Shown here one piece after another: positions 38,341-47,322 of a stretch of DNA of 64,000 nt. The translations under genes were made by a program, and so were the position numbers. Source of the DNA: an uncultured Bacillota bacterium (GTDB lineage Bacteria; Bacillota; Clostridia; Lachnospirales; Lachnospiraceae); assembly GCA_905200905.1 (NCBI GenBank), contig CAJKMA010000003.1, positions 151 to 64,150 on the forward strand, read 5' to 3'. Position 1 is the stretch's first letter. The number at the start of each line of letters is the position of its first letter. Under the pieces are notes generated by a model. That model saw only the letters and a program-made list of their open reading frames with translations, searched no databases and had not been told where the DNA came from.

Positions 38341-39447
38341 CTATTTTGAAAAGCCATATTTTTTCACAATGGCATTCATGGTTTCGAGTTTTGTTTCCAT
38401 GTCTTTAACTAGCGTGAACTGGGTTCTGGCACGGTCTAAGTTGTGTCCGTCTCTATGAATTTTAAAATAATGATCCCCTTCCAGATAGTCAGTAAGGAAG
38501 CGCATTCCACATTCATAAGTCATAGTCATGGCACCAATAGGCAGCATTTCTAGTTCTGTATCCGTAAGACTTCCTTGGCATCCTTCGATAAATCCCTTTG
38601 TATATAATTCAAATAATTCCATACTGCAGGAAACTTTGGATAAATCTTTTTCGTCTTCTTCAGCCGTGCTGGCACCGAAACGGATAGAATCACCAAAATC
38701 ATTGACTGCAAGACCGGGCATAACTGTGTCCAGGTCAATGACACAGATCGCTTTTCGGGTTTCATCATCAATCATAATATTGTTTAATTTGGTATCGTTG
38801 TGGGTAACTCGAAGAGGAAGTTTTCCTTCTGCCTGCATATCACACAAAGTATGAGCCAAAGCTTCTCTGTCAAGCACAAATTGAATCTCCTCCTGAACAT
38901 CTTTTGCACGCCCCATCACGTCTTCTTCTACGGCTTTTTTAAATTTAGCAAAACGGTCTATAGTATTGTGGAAGTTTACAATAGTTTCATGGAGTGTTTG
39001 GGCAGGATAATCAGCAAGCAATCCTTGAAAATGTCCAAAAGCAACAGCGCTTTGATAGAAGTCTTCTTTGTTCTGTACCAGGTCATAGGTAGCTGCACCT
39101 TCAATGAAAATATAAGCTCTCCAATAGTTGCCAGTTTGGTCTACAAAGAAATTGTTCCCTTCTTTTGTTGGAACAAGATTCAAGGTTTCTCTTTCTGGAT
39201 TTCCTCCTTTTTCCAGGATTTTTTTTCGGAGCCACTTGGTAACACCTGTAACGTTTTCCATTAATTCTTCTGGGTTTAAGAAAATGGTTTTATTCATTCT
39301 CTGTAAAATATATCTTCTTGGTATTCCATTTTCTTCAAAAGTTACGCAAAAGGTGTCATTAATGTGACCGCTTCCGTAGGGAATCCCTTCCGTATAGGTT
39401 CCCTGAAACTGAAATGATTCAATAACTTCTGATCTGATGTCTGCCAT
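38341..39447 (-). CDS. N-acetylhexosamine 1-kinase-like phosphotransferase (NahK/LnpB family)
   Basis: GSGHINDT, RVTHNDTKLNN, VIDLDTVMPG, DFGDSIR, MRFLTDYL.GD.YF. Confidence 0.8.
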   Translation of the reverse strand: MADIRSEVIESFQFQGTYTEGIPYGSGHINDTFCVTFEENGIPRRYILQRMNKTIFLNPEELMENVTGVTKWLRKKILEKGGNPERETLNLVPTKEGNNFFVDQTGNYWRAYIFIEGAATYDLVQNKEDFYQSAVAFGHFQGLLADYPAQTLHETIVNFHNTIDRFAKFKKAVEEDVMGRAKDVQEEIQFVLDREALAHTLCDMQAEGKLPLRVTHNDTKLNNIMIDDETRKAICVIDLDTVMPGLAVNDFGDSIRFGASTAEEDEKDLSKVSCSMELFELYTKGFIEGCQGSLTDTELEMLPIGAMTMTYECGMRFLTDYLEGDHYFKIHRDGHNLDRARTQFTLVKDMETKLETMNAIVKKYGFSK

Positions 39448-39448
39448 T

Positions 39449-40375
39449 TTATTTTTCCTCCCACAGTTTCTCAGGATATAGTCCCTGAGCTTTTAAGTTT
39501 TGAATCGCTGCTACTACAACAGGTTTGTCTTCTTTGTAAGTAACACCATACCATTTGTCCAGAGATTTTAAAACTTGAACAGTTGCTTTGTTTTCTTTTA
39601 ATAATTCATCTACAACAAAAGGCAGGAAATATTCACATTTTAACGGGTTTTTCTCCAGATTTTCATTTAAAAAGTTGGAAAAACGTGCCTGTAATTCTTT
39701 CAGAATACTTTCTGTAAATCCCCACATATTCATGGAAACTGTGCTTCCTTCTGGGATCGTAACCCAGGTAGAACCGTCATCTTCTGTATAAGCAGCTCCA
39801 TTTTCTCGTTTTTCAATGTGGGTTCTCTCGTGAATCTTTTGAAGGTGTCCATCTTCATCTGTGACACAAACACCTCTTGCCACATGGCCGTTTTCTGTTA
39901 AGGTATTTTCCAGAACGTAGCCTACCATGGTATAACGGTATTTTTCATCATCTTCGTGTGTGGTTAAATAATCATAAATCATTTTAAATGCATGGCTTCC
40001 GTAGTAATCGTCTGCATTAATGACTGCAAAAGGAGCGTCAATAGTACCAAGGCAGCTTAAGATAGCATGTCCGGTTCCCCATGGTTTTACTCTGCCTTCT
40101 GGAACTGCGAAACCTTCTGGAAGATTGTTTAAATCCTGGAATACATATTCTACATGAATGACTTTGCTAAGTCTGTCACCAATCGCTGCTTTAAAATCTG
40201 CTTCGTTTTCTTTTTTAATGATAAAGATTACTTTTTCAAAACCTGCTTTTACTGCATCATAGATGGAAAAATCCATAATAATATGTCCCTGATTATCCAC
40301 AGGGTCAATCTGTTTCAGGCCCCCATAGCGGCTGCCCATACCTGCTGCCATTACTACTAATACTGGTTTTTTCAT
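39449..40375 (-). CDS. Sugar-phosphate nucleotidyltransferase
   Basis: MAAGMGSRYGGLKQ, KPWGTGHA, INADDYYG. Confidence 0.85.
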   Translation of the reverse strand: MKKPVLVVMAAGMGSRYGGLKQIDPVDNQGHIIMDFSIYDAVKAGFEKVIFIIKKENEADFKAAIGDRLSKVIHVEYVFQDLNNLPEGFAVPEGRVKPWGTGHAILSCLGTIDAPFAVINADDYYGSHAFKMIYDYLTTHEDDEKYRYTMVGYVLENTLTENGHVARGVCVTDEDGHLQKIHERTHIEKRENGAAYTEDDGSTWVTIPEGSTVSMNMWGFTESILKELQARFSNFLNENLEKNPLKCEYFLPFVVDELLKENKATVQVLKSLDKWYGVTYKEDKPVVVAAIQNLKAQGLYPEKLWEEK

Positions 40376-40590
40376 GTGAAACTCCTCCTGTGCTTATTTG
40401 ATTTTCTTACACTGTTTGTATGTCTTTATTTTAGCAAAAAAGAGCAGAGATTCCTTTGCACAAAATTTCAAAGTTTTGGCACTTTCTATTATTTTTTAGA
40501 TGTTGTTTTTTTGTTTCAAAGATAGATTTTTTAAAAAATTTTCAGTATAATAAAGATAGTTTATTTTAACATCCTTTAGGAGGCTTTTTT

Positions 40591-41484
40591 ATGGCTTTTA
40601 AAAGCTTAGAATTATCGGAAATAATAGAGATTCAAAAAATTGTGACAATCCATTATTTTGAATATATGAGTGATTATAGTTTCCCTGGAGAGAGACATGA
40701 TTTTTGGGAGTTTTTATGTGTAGATAAGGGAGAGGTGGATATCATTGCAGAAAACACACCTTATACATTGCGAAAAGGGCAGATTGTCTTTCACAAGCCA
40801 AATGAATTTCATACAGTGAAGGCCAACGGGAAAATTGCTCCAAATCTGGTGGTGGTTTCTTTTGAGTGTAACTCTCCATATATGAAATATTTTGAAAATC
40901 TGATTACCAGTATTGGAGAGAAAGAGCGCAATCTGATTGCGCAGATTATTTATGAGGCAAAACATTGTATTTTAGGACCATTGGATAATCCAAATACAAC
41001 AGAAATGCTTCGAAATCCACAGGCGCCTATTGGGGCGGAGCAGATGATTAAGATTTATCTGGAAAACCTGTTGATTTCTATGATACGACAGTTAAATACA
41101 GGAAATTTGTCATCACCTGCTATAAAATCTATAAAGCAAAAAAATGATGCTATGGTATATGATAAAATTACAACGTATCTGGAGGAACATATTCGAGAAC
41201 ATCTTACCATTGACATCATATGCAGGGAGAATCTGATTGGGCGTTCTCAGCTTCAGAAGTTGTTTAGGGAGCAGCATCAGTGTGGAGTAATTGATTATTT
41301 TTCCCGCCTGAAAATTGAATGCGCGAAGCAGTTGATTCGGGAAAATCATCATAACTTTACACAGATTTCAGATTTTCTGGGATATACCTCTATTCATTAT
41401 TTTTCCAGACAGTTTAAGAAAATTACGGGAATGACACCATCAGAGTATGCATCTTCCATTAAGGCTATATCAGACAGGAGGTAG
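40591..41484 (+). CDS. AraC-family transcriptional regulator
   Basis: GERHDFWEF cupin; LGYTSIHYFSRQFKK HTH; divergent from the nucleotidyltransferase operon. Confidence 0.92.
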   Translation: MAFKSLELSEIIEIQKIVTIHYFEYMSDYSFPGERHDFWEFLCVDKGEVDIIAENTPYTLRKGQIVFHKPNEFHTVKANGKIAPNLVVVSFECNSPYMKYFENLITSIGEKERNLIAQIIYEAKHCILGPLDNPNTTEMLRNPQAPIGAEQMIKIYLENLLISMIRQLNTGNLSSPAIKSIKQKNDAMVYDKITTYLEEHIREHLTIDIICRENLIGRSQLQKLFREQHQCGVIDYFSRLKIECAKQLIRENHHNFTQISDFLGYTSIHYFSRQFKKITGMTPSEYASSIKAISDRR

Positions 41485-41489
41485 GGGTT

Positions 41490-41873
41490 ATGGATTATGA
41501 ACAGGATTATGTTATGCGTATGATTAAAGACCTGGCAAGAGCTTTGGCGCTGCTTATTTTTGGAAAAAAGGATATCCGTTACGAAATTCCAGAGGAAAAG
41601 GAAAGAACGGAAGAGGATAATTTATATGCACGGCTTCTTCAAATGGCAGACAGAGGAGAAATCAATGAGGCAGAGAATATCCTGCTTACAGAATTCCCAA
41701 AAGAATCCTCCAATTATGTTATTATGGCAGCTGATTTTTATCAGCATATTGCAGAATACAGCGATGAATTTCTGGAAGAGCATAATTATAGCCGAGATGA
41801 GATTCTGGAAGGAATGGAAAGTATTGCTCAGGAATATGGAATTTTAGACAAGGATATCAGCATTGAAATTTAG
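41490..41873 (+). CDS. Conserved hypothetical protein (DUF6483-like)
   Basis: EQDYVMRMI, INEAEN, LEEHNYSRDEI pattern. Confidence 0.65.
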   Translation: MDYEQDYVMRMIKDLARALALLIFGKKDIRYEIPEEKERTEEDNLYARLLQMADRGEINEAENILLTEFPKESSNYVIMAADFYQHIAEYSDEFLEEHNYSRDEILEGMESIAQEYGILDKDISIEI

Positions 41874-41891
41874 AAAGGGTGGTTTTAAAAC

Positions 41892-42878
41892 ATGAAGAAG
41901 TTAAGAGTTGGTATTTTAAGTACAGGAAATATTGCCGGTACTATGGCAGAAACTTTAAAAGGAATGGAGGAAGCAGAGCTTTATGCAGTTGCCTCTCGAA
42001 ATAAGGGGAAAGCAGAGGAGTTTGCGGCAAAGTTTGGAGTTTTAAAAGCCTATGGTTCCTATGAAGCACTGGCAGCAGATGAGCAGGTGGATTTGGTATA
42101 TGTAGCGACACCTATGTCAAAACACTATGAAAATGTGAAAATGCTGTTGAATTACGGGAGAAATGTACTGTGTGAGAAATCTTTTGCGCTGAATGAAAAA
42201 CAGGCAGCAGAAATGTTAGCATTGGCAAAGGAAAAGAAACTGCTTCTTACAGAGGCTATTTGGGTTCGTTATATGCCAATGTGGAAGACTCTTCGTCAAG
42301 TGCTAGATTCCGGTGCCATTGGAAAACCCATGACAGTGACTGCAAATCTTTGTTATCTTATTGATCAAGTACCAAGACTTTTAAAGCCAGAACTTGGAGG
42401 AGGCGCCTTGCTGGATGTAGGAGTTTATGTGATGAATTTTGCGTCACTGGTTTTTGGAGACGAGATTGAGAAAATCACATCTACGGCAGTTATGACGGAA
42501 ACTGGAGTGGATGCCCAAAATAGTATTACGCTTACTTATCCAGGAGGGGAAATGGCAGTATTAAATAGTTCCCTGCGTGTGTTGTCGGATAGAAAAGGGA
42601 TTATTTACGGTACAAAGGGCTATGTCATTGTAGAGAATATTAATAATTTTGAATCCATTACGGTGTATAATGAGGAAAGAGAAGTGAAAGCTGTTTATGA
42701 ACAGCCAAAACAGATCACAGGGTATGAATATGAAGTTTTGGCATGTAAAAACGCTTTGGAACAGGGACTATTAGAATGTCCGGAAATGCCTCATAAGGAA
42801 ACTCTTGAGATTATGAAACAGATGGATGCTGTGCGTGAGCAATGGGGATTACAGTATCCTGAGGAAAAGGAGCTTTAA
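41892..42878 (+). CDS. Gfo/Idh/MocA-family oxidoreductase
   Basis: VGILSTGNIA, VLCEKS, GGGALLDVGVY. Confidence 0.92.
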   Translation: MKKLRVGILSTGNIAGTMAETLKGMEEAELYAVASRNKGKAEEFAAKFGVLKAYGSYEALAADEQVDLVYVATPMSKHYENVKMLLNYGRNVLCEKSFALNEKQAAEMLALAKEKKLLLTEAIWVRYMPMWKTLRQVLDSGAIGKPMTVTANLCYLIDQVPRLLKPELGGGALLDVGVYVMNFASLVFGDEIEKITSTAVMTETGVDAQNSITLTYPGGEMAVLNSSLRVLSDRKGIIYGTKGYVIVENINNFESITVYNEEREVKAVYEQPKQITGYEYEVLACKNALEQGLLECPEMPHKETLEIMKQMDAVREQWGLQYPEEKEL

Positions 42879-42897
42879 GAAGATAAAACTATTAAGA

Positions 42898-42940
42898 TAA
42901 AGAAATCGCCTAGATTTTATACACTAGGCGATTTCTTTAT
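42898..42940. terminator. Bidirectional terminator
   Basis: TAAAGAAATCGCCTAG...CTAGGCGATTTCTTTA. Confidence 0.8.
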
Positions 42941-42947
42941 AAAACAC

Positions 42948-44372
42948 TTATTTTACAAGTATATTCTTTTTGATTTCCTCCAACCGTTCTATAGTATCCA
43001 AAATATCTTTTTCTGTGGTTTCAGGATTAATGGTACACATGCGAAGCACTTTTTTTCCTTTTAATTCAGTAGTATAAATTTGAGCAAATCCACTGTCAGT
43101 AAGTGTTTTTGCAATTTCCTGATTAAGAATTGCTAATTGAGATTCTGACATGTGTGGGTCTGGCACGCTGCGGAAGTTTACAATACCGAAATGTGCGTGG
43201 GAGATGATTTCCCAATCTGATTTTTCAGCCACTGATTTTTCAGCCAACTGTGCCATAGCACAGCCATGATCTATGATTTCTTCTAATTTTTCGGTACCCA
43301 TAGTCTGTATCGTGAGCCACAGTTTCAGGCTTCTTGCAGGGCGGGTAAGTTCTGGCCCTAAATCCCAGAATTCAATGCTGCCTTCGGAAGACTCCGCGTC
43401 TTTTAAGTATTCCGGATGTGCTGAGAAGCTGTGAATTAGGGTAGATTGATTACGTACCAGCACCATACTGCATCCATAAGTCTGCAGCAGCCATTTGTGG
43501 GCGTCCCAACTAATACTGTCAGAGGCTTCTATTCCTTCCAGATCTTTTCTGCATGTTTGAGACAGCAGGGCAGAAGCACCGAAAGCTCCGTCTACATGCA
43601 TCCATAAACCATATTTTTGACATAGTTTGGAAATTTTTTTAAGAGGGTCGACACTTCCAGTGTTGGTGGTTCCAGCAGAGGCAATAACAGCAAAGGGTTT
43701 TTTGCCTTGTTTTAAGTCCTGTTCTACTGCAGTTTCCAAGGTATTCATATCCAGACGAAAAGCAGAGTCGGAAGGAAGAATGCGGATTTGTTCTTTGCAA
43801 AATCCAATGATGAGCAGACCTTTGGTTACAGAGGAGTGAGTCTGATCAGAAACGTATACCACTGCTTTGCTTCGTTGTTCATAGGTGAGTTTAGCATCTC
43901 TTGCAGCGGTAAGGGCGGTTAAATTGGCAATGGAGCCGCCGGAGACAAAAAGTCCCCCTGCTTCTTTGGGGTAGCCGGCTAAATCACACATCCAGCGAAT
44001 TAGTTTTTTTTCTACCAGATAAGGGGCGGGTCCATTAACCTGGCAGCTGGCATGAAGATTATAGGCATTGCTCATGACATCTCCCATCCAAGAGAGCATA
44101 GAAGCTGTGGATGGAATACAGGAAAAACTTCTAGGATGCTGTGCCAAGATGGTGTGAGAGTAAAGCTCTCCAAGCATTTCTTCATATACATCTGATATCT
44201 CACGTCCCTTAGATGGAATTTCCTGTTTTTGGATGTGTTCCAGAATTTCTTTAGGGGTCTGAGGACAGACAGGGTAAGAGTCCAGTTTATTATAAAAATC
44301 AACTGTGCGTTGAACAAAAGCGTTCATTAAAGCACCGATTTGTTGATTTTGTTCTTTCGTTTTCGTATCCAT
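42948..44372 (-). CDS. Group II PLP-dependent decarboxylase, aromatic L-amino-acid/tryptophan decarboxylase-like
   Basis: SGGSIAN, SDQTHSS, HVDGAFG, WDAHKW (PLP Lys), ELTRPAR; resembles the R. gnavus Trp decarboxylase as recalled. Confidence 0.85.
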   Translation of the reverse strand: MDTKTKEQNQQIGALMNAFVQRTVDFYNKLDSYPVCPQTPKEILEHIQKQEIPSKGREISDVYEEMLGELYSHTILAQHPRSFSCIPSTASMLSWMGDVMSNAYNLHASCQVNGPAPYLVEKKLIRWMCDLAGYPKEAGGLFVSGGSIANLTALTAARDAKLTYEQRSKAVVYVSDQTHSSVTKGLLIIGFCKEQIRILPSDSAFRLDMNTLETAVEQDLKQGKKPFAVIASAGTTNTGSVDPLKKISKLCQKYGLWMHVDGAFGASALLSQTCRKDLEGIEASDSISWDAHKWLLQTYGCSMVLVRNQSTLIHSFSAHPEYLKDAESSEGSIEFWDLGPELTRPARSLKLWLTIQTMGTEKLEEIIDHGCAMAQLAEKSVAEKSDWEIISHAHFGIVNFRSVPDPHMSESQLAILNQEIAKTLTDSGFAQIYTTELKGKKVLRMCTINPETTEKDILDTIERLEEIKKNILVK

Positions 44373-44480
44373 AAATAGCCTCCTTGACTTTCGTTCTTAC
44401 TCATGCTACCATGAAATCTATTATTTGTAAAATTCATCAAATTTATAAATGTATTCAAAAATTTTGAATGGGGAGTGTGT

Positions 44481-45383
44481 ATGGAGATTCGTAACTTGAT
44501 TACTTTTGTGCGGATTGCAGAAGTTCAGAGCTTTTCTAAGACAGCAGAACAGCTAGGCTATTCCCAGTCTGCTGTGACAATGCAAATAAAGCAACTGGAA
44601 TCTGAGCTTCACAGGCAGTTGTTTGAGCGCATTGGCAAGCAGGTGAAGCTTACTCAGGCAGGAGAACGGCTGCTTCCCTATGCTTTGGATATTTTGAATT
44701 CTGTGAGAAAGGCAGAGAATATTATTCAAGAACCAGAGGAAATTAGGGGAAAACTTCGAATTGGAACCTGTGAATCCTATATTATCAGTGTGCTGCCAGA
44801 TATTATTATGGATTTTAGTCTGCAGTGTCCCCATGTGGAAATTAGCACGCACACAGCACTGGTACAGGATTTGTTTCATATGCTGCGACAAAATGACATT
44901 GATTTGCTGTATTTTTTGGATCAGAAGCGGAATTTTCCAGAATGGGTCAAGGTATGGGAAAGGCCAGAAAAAATTTTTTTTGTGGCTTCTGCGGATTCGC
45001 CTCTGGCAGGAGAGAAGCAGATTTCTATAGAACGGCTTTTACAGGAGCCTCTTTATCTGACGGAAAAAGGGATTAGTTATCGCTATGCCTTGGATCAGTC
45101 TTTGGCAGCTAGGGGATATGAACTACATCCTGTGTGGGAAGTGGGGAATACGGATGTGATTACCAGATTTTTGTTGAAAAACAAAGGGATTTCTTTTTTG
45201 CCAGAATATGTGGTGGGAGATTATATCAGAGATGGAAAATTAGCTGTGTTGAATACAGAGTGCGAAGAAATTCATATGTGGAGTCAGTTGGTGTACCATA
45301 AGAATAAATATGTAACACCTCAGATGAATCAGTTTATTGAAACTATGCTGAAACATATGCATGGGACTAGTACAACGAACTAA
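44481..45383 (+). CDS. LysR-family regulator, divergent from the decarboxylase
   Basis: SFSKTAEQLGYSQSAVTMQIKQLE, LTQAG. Confidence 0.93.
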   Translation: MEIRNLITFVRIAEVQSFSKTAEQLGYSQSAVTMQIKQLESELHRQLFERIGKQVKLTQAGERLLPYALDILNSVRKAENIIQEPEEIRGKLRIGTCESYIISVLPDIIMDFSLQCPHVEISTHTALVQDLFHMLRQNDIDLLYFLDQKRNFPEWVKVWERPEKIFFVASADSPLAGEKQISIERLLQEPLYLTEKGISYRYALDQSLAARGYELHPVWEVGNTDVITRFLLKNKGISFLPEYVVGDYIRDGKLAVLNTECEEIHMWSQLVYHKNKYVTPQMNQFIETMLKHMHGTSTTN

Positions 45384-45422
45384 ATGCATATGTTTCAGTA
45401 TGTTATTTCATGAGAATATCCG

Positions 45423-45857
45423 TTATTCTGCCCGGGCCTTTTCCAGGGCTTTGTCAATGGCATCTAAAAGCATGAGAGAAGTATATTTATTTTCTTCTTC
45501 ATAGGTGATGTTTTCCGTGGACTGAGTAGCGTAAATCTGGCTGGAGAGCGCATCCAAAGCTGGCTCCATGAGAGGATACATAGCAGTGGCTGTTTCACTG
45601 AGATTTACAAGGGAAATGGAATTGATGTGGTTTTCATCTACTGTGACTTCTACATCAAAGGTGTTGTCATTTAGAGTAATGGGACTGGTATATACGCCAG
45701 CATGATAAATCACATCTGCACTTGTGGGGTCTGCTTGTTTCTCTTTTCCAAACATGATAAAAAGCAGAACCGCCAGTACAATGGCCAGTACCAGAAAAAT
45801 TCCTGTATAAATGATTTCTTTCATATGTAGTACAACGATTTTTGTTTTTGAGCTCAT
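45423..45857 (-). CDS. Single-TM membrane protein, hypothetical
   Basis: N-terminal TM, GGAGG RBS. Confidence 0.75.
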   Translation of the reverse strand: MSSKTKIVVLHMKEIIYTGIFLVLAIVLAVLLFIMFGKEKQADPTSADVIYHAGVYTSPITLNDNTFDVEVTVDENHINSISLVNLSETATAMYPLMEPALDALSSQIYATQSTENITYEEENKYTSLMLLDAIDKALEKARAE

Positions 45858-46190
45858 GGCCGCACCTCCTGCATTCCTTTTTATAACATATTAGGAAAAG
45901 TGGAAAAATATAACCAAAAGGTGAGATTATGAATTAGGTATTTCAAACTACTCTTCATTCTAATAAAACAAAAGAGAAGAATTGATGAAATTGCATAAAA
46001 ACAGGAGAAAAAATAGGCTTGAACATGAAAAAATAATTTTGAGTATATTAGCACAGTGAAGTGGAAAAAGTCAAAAGGGAGAAGTGAAGAAAAGGGTATT
46101 GTTTCTGGAAAAAGAAAGTGCTATGATAACAAACCGTAAAGAGAAAACTTAAAAAAGTTGAAAAGAAAAAAGGAAAAGAGGCAATACACT

Positions 46191-46340
46191 ATGGCAGCAA
46201 ATGAAAACAAAACAGAAGAAAAAAAGAGTTTTAAAGAGAAAATTCATGATTATGGTATGAGATTATCAAAAATATCTCCATTTGGTCTAAATGACAAAGA
46301 AGATAAATATTATCATAACATTTACAATTTTGATAAATAA
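46191..46340 (+). CDS. Small stand-alone protein (49 aa)
   Basis: ATG 46191 after GAGG; extended -10 TGCTATGAT upstream; hairpin with T-run downstream. Confidence 0.55.
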   Translation: MAANENKTEEKKSFKEKIHDYGMRLSKISPFGLNDKEDKYYHNIYNFDK

Positions 46341-46500
46341 TCTGGAAACTCATAGATAGAAGATAGAGAAGGGAACCGTTGTATTTTATGCAGCAGTTCT
46401 CTTTTTTTGTTTTTGTTGATTAAATGTATGGGGCAGGATATAATCAGTTTAGTGATTTTTTGAGAGAGGAGCAGCAGGCAGTAAGCTTTAAAAGAGTGTT

Positions 46501-47310
46501 ATGAAATATAAGTTATTAGTGTTGGATATTGATGGAACGGTAACCAATTCTCAGAAGAAAGTAACCCCAAAAACAAAGGAAGCCATTGTTCGTTTGCAGG
46601 AACGCGGGATTTTGGTTGCTATTGCTTCCGGCAGACCGCCAAAAGGGGTTTATAAAGTGGCAGAAGAATTGGAGTTTCAGAAATTTGGCAGTTATATTCT
46701 TCCTTTTAATGGAGCTAGAATTTTAAATTTTAAAACAGGAGAATGTGTTTATGAGAAAACGCTTCCTTTGAGACTTCCAGCGAGACTGTGGAGGGATGCG
46801 AAGAAGTATGGAGTTGGTATCATTACCTATAGGGGAGATGAGATTATCTCTGGTACTACACCGGATTCCTATATGGACATTGAGGCGAAAATCAATAGTA
46901 TTCCGATTACCTACAGGGAAGATTTCGGAACCTACGTGGATTTTCCGGTGAATAAGTGTCTGATGACAGGAGCACCTGAGGATTTGGAGGCTTTGGAGCC
47001 TGTGTTTGCACAGAAATACTACCATGAAGCTCAGGTCTTTCGCTCAGAGCCCTATTTCCTGGAAGTAACGCCCAAAAATGTAGACAAGGCGTATTGTCTA
47101 CGGCATTTGTTAGAAATTTTGGGAATAGAAAGAGAAGAAATGGTATGTTGTGGCGATGGGTTTAATGATCTGTCTATGATTCAGTTTGCTGGATTAGGAG
47201 TTGCCATGGCAAATGCCCAGGAAAAGGTGAAGCAGGTGGCAGATTACGTGACCCACTGTGATAATGACCATGATGGTATTGCAGAGGTTATTGAGAAGTT
47301 TTTTGAGTGA
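46501..47310 (+). CDS. Cof-type HAD-IIB hydrolase
   Basis: DIDGT, ASGR, GDGFND.SM, AMANA. Confidence 0.93.
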   Translation: MKYKLLVLDIDGTVTNSQKKVTPKTKEAIVRLQERGILVAIASGRPPKGVYKVAEELEFQKFGSYILPFNGARILNFKTGECVYEKTLPLRLPARLWRDAKKYGVGIITYRGDEIISGTTPDSYMDIEAKINSIPITYREDFGTYVDFPVNKCLMTGAPEDLEALEPVFAQKYYHEAQVFRSEPYFLEVTPKNVDKAYCLRHLLEILGIEREEMVCCGDGFNDLSMIQFAGLGVAMANAQEKVKQVADYVTHCDNDHDGIAEVIEKFFE

Positions 47311-47322
47311 TAAGGAGGATAC

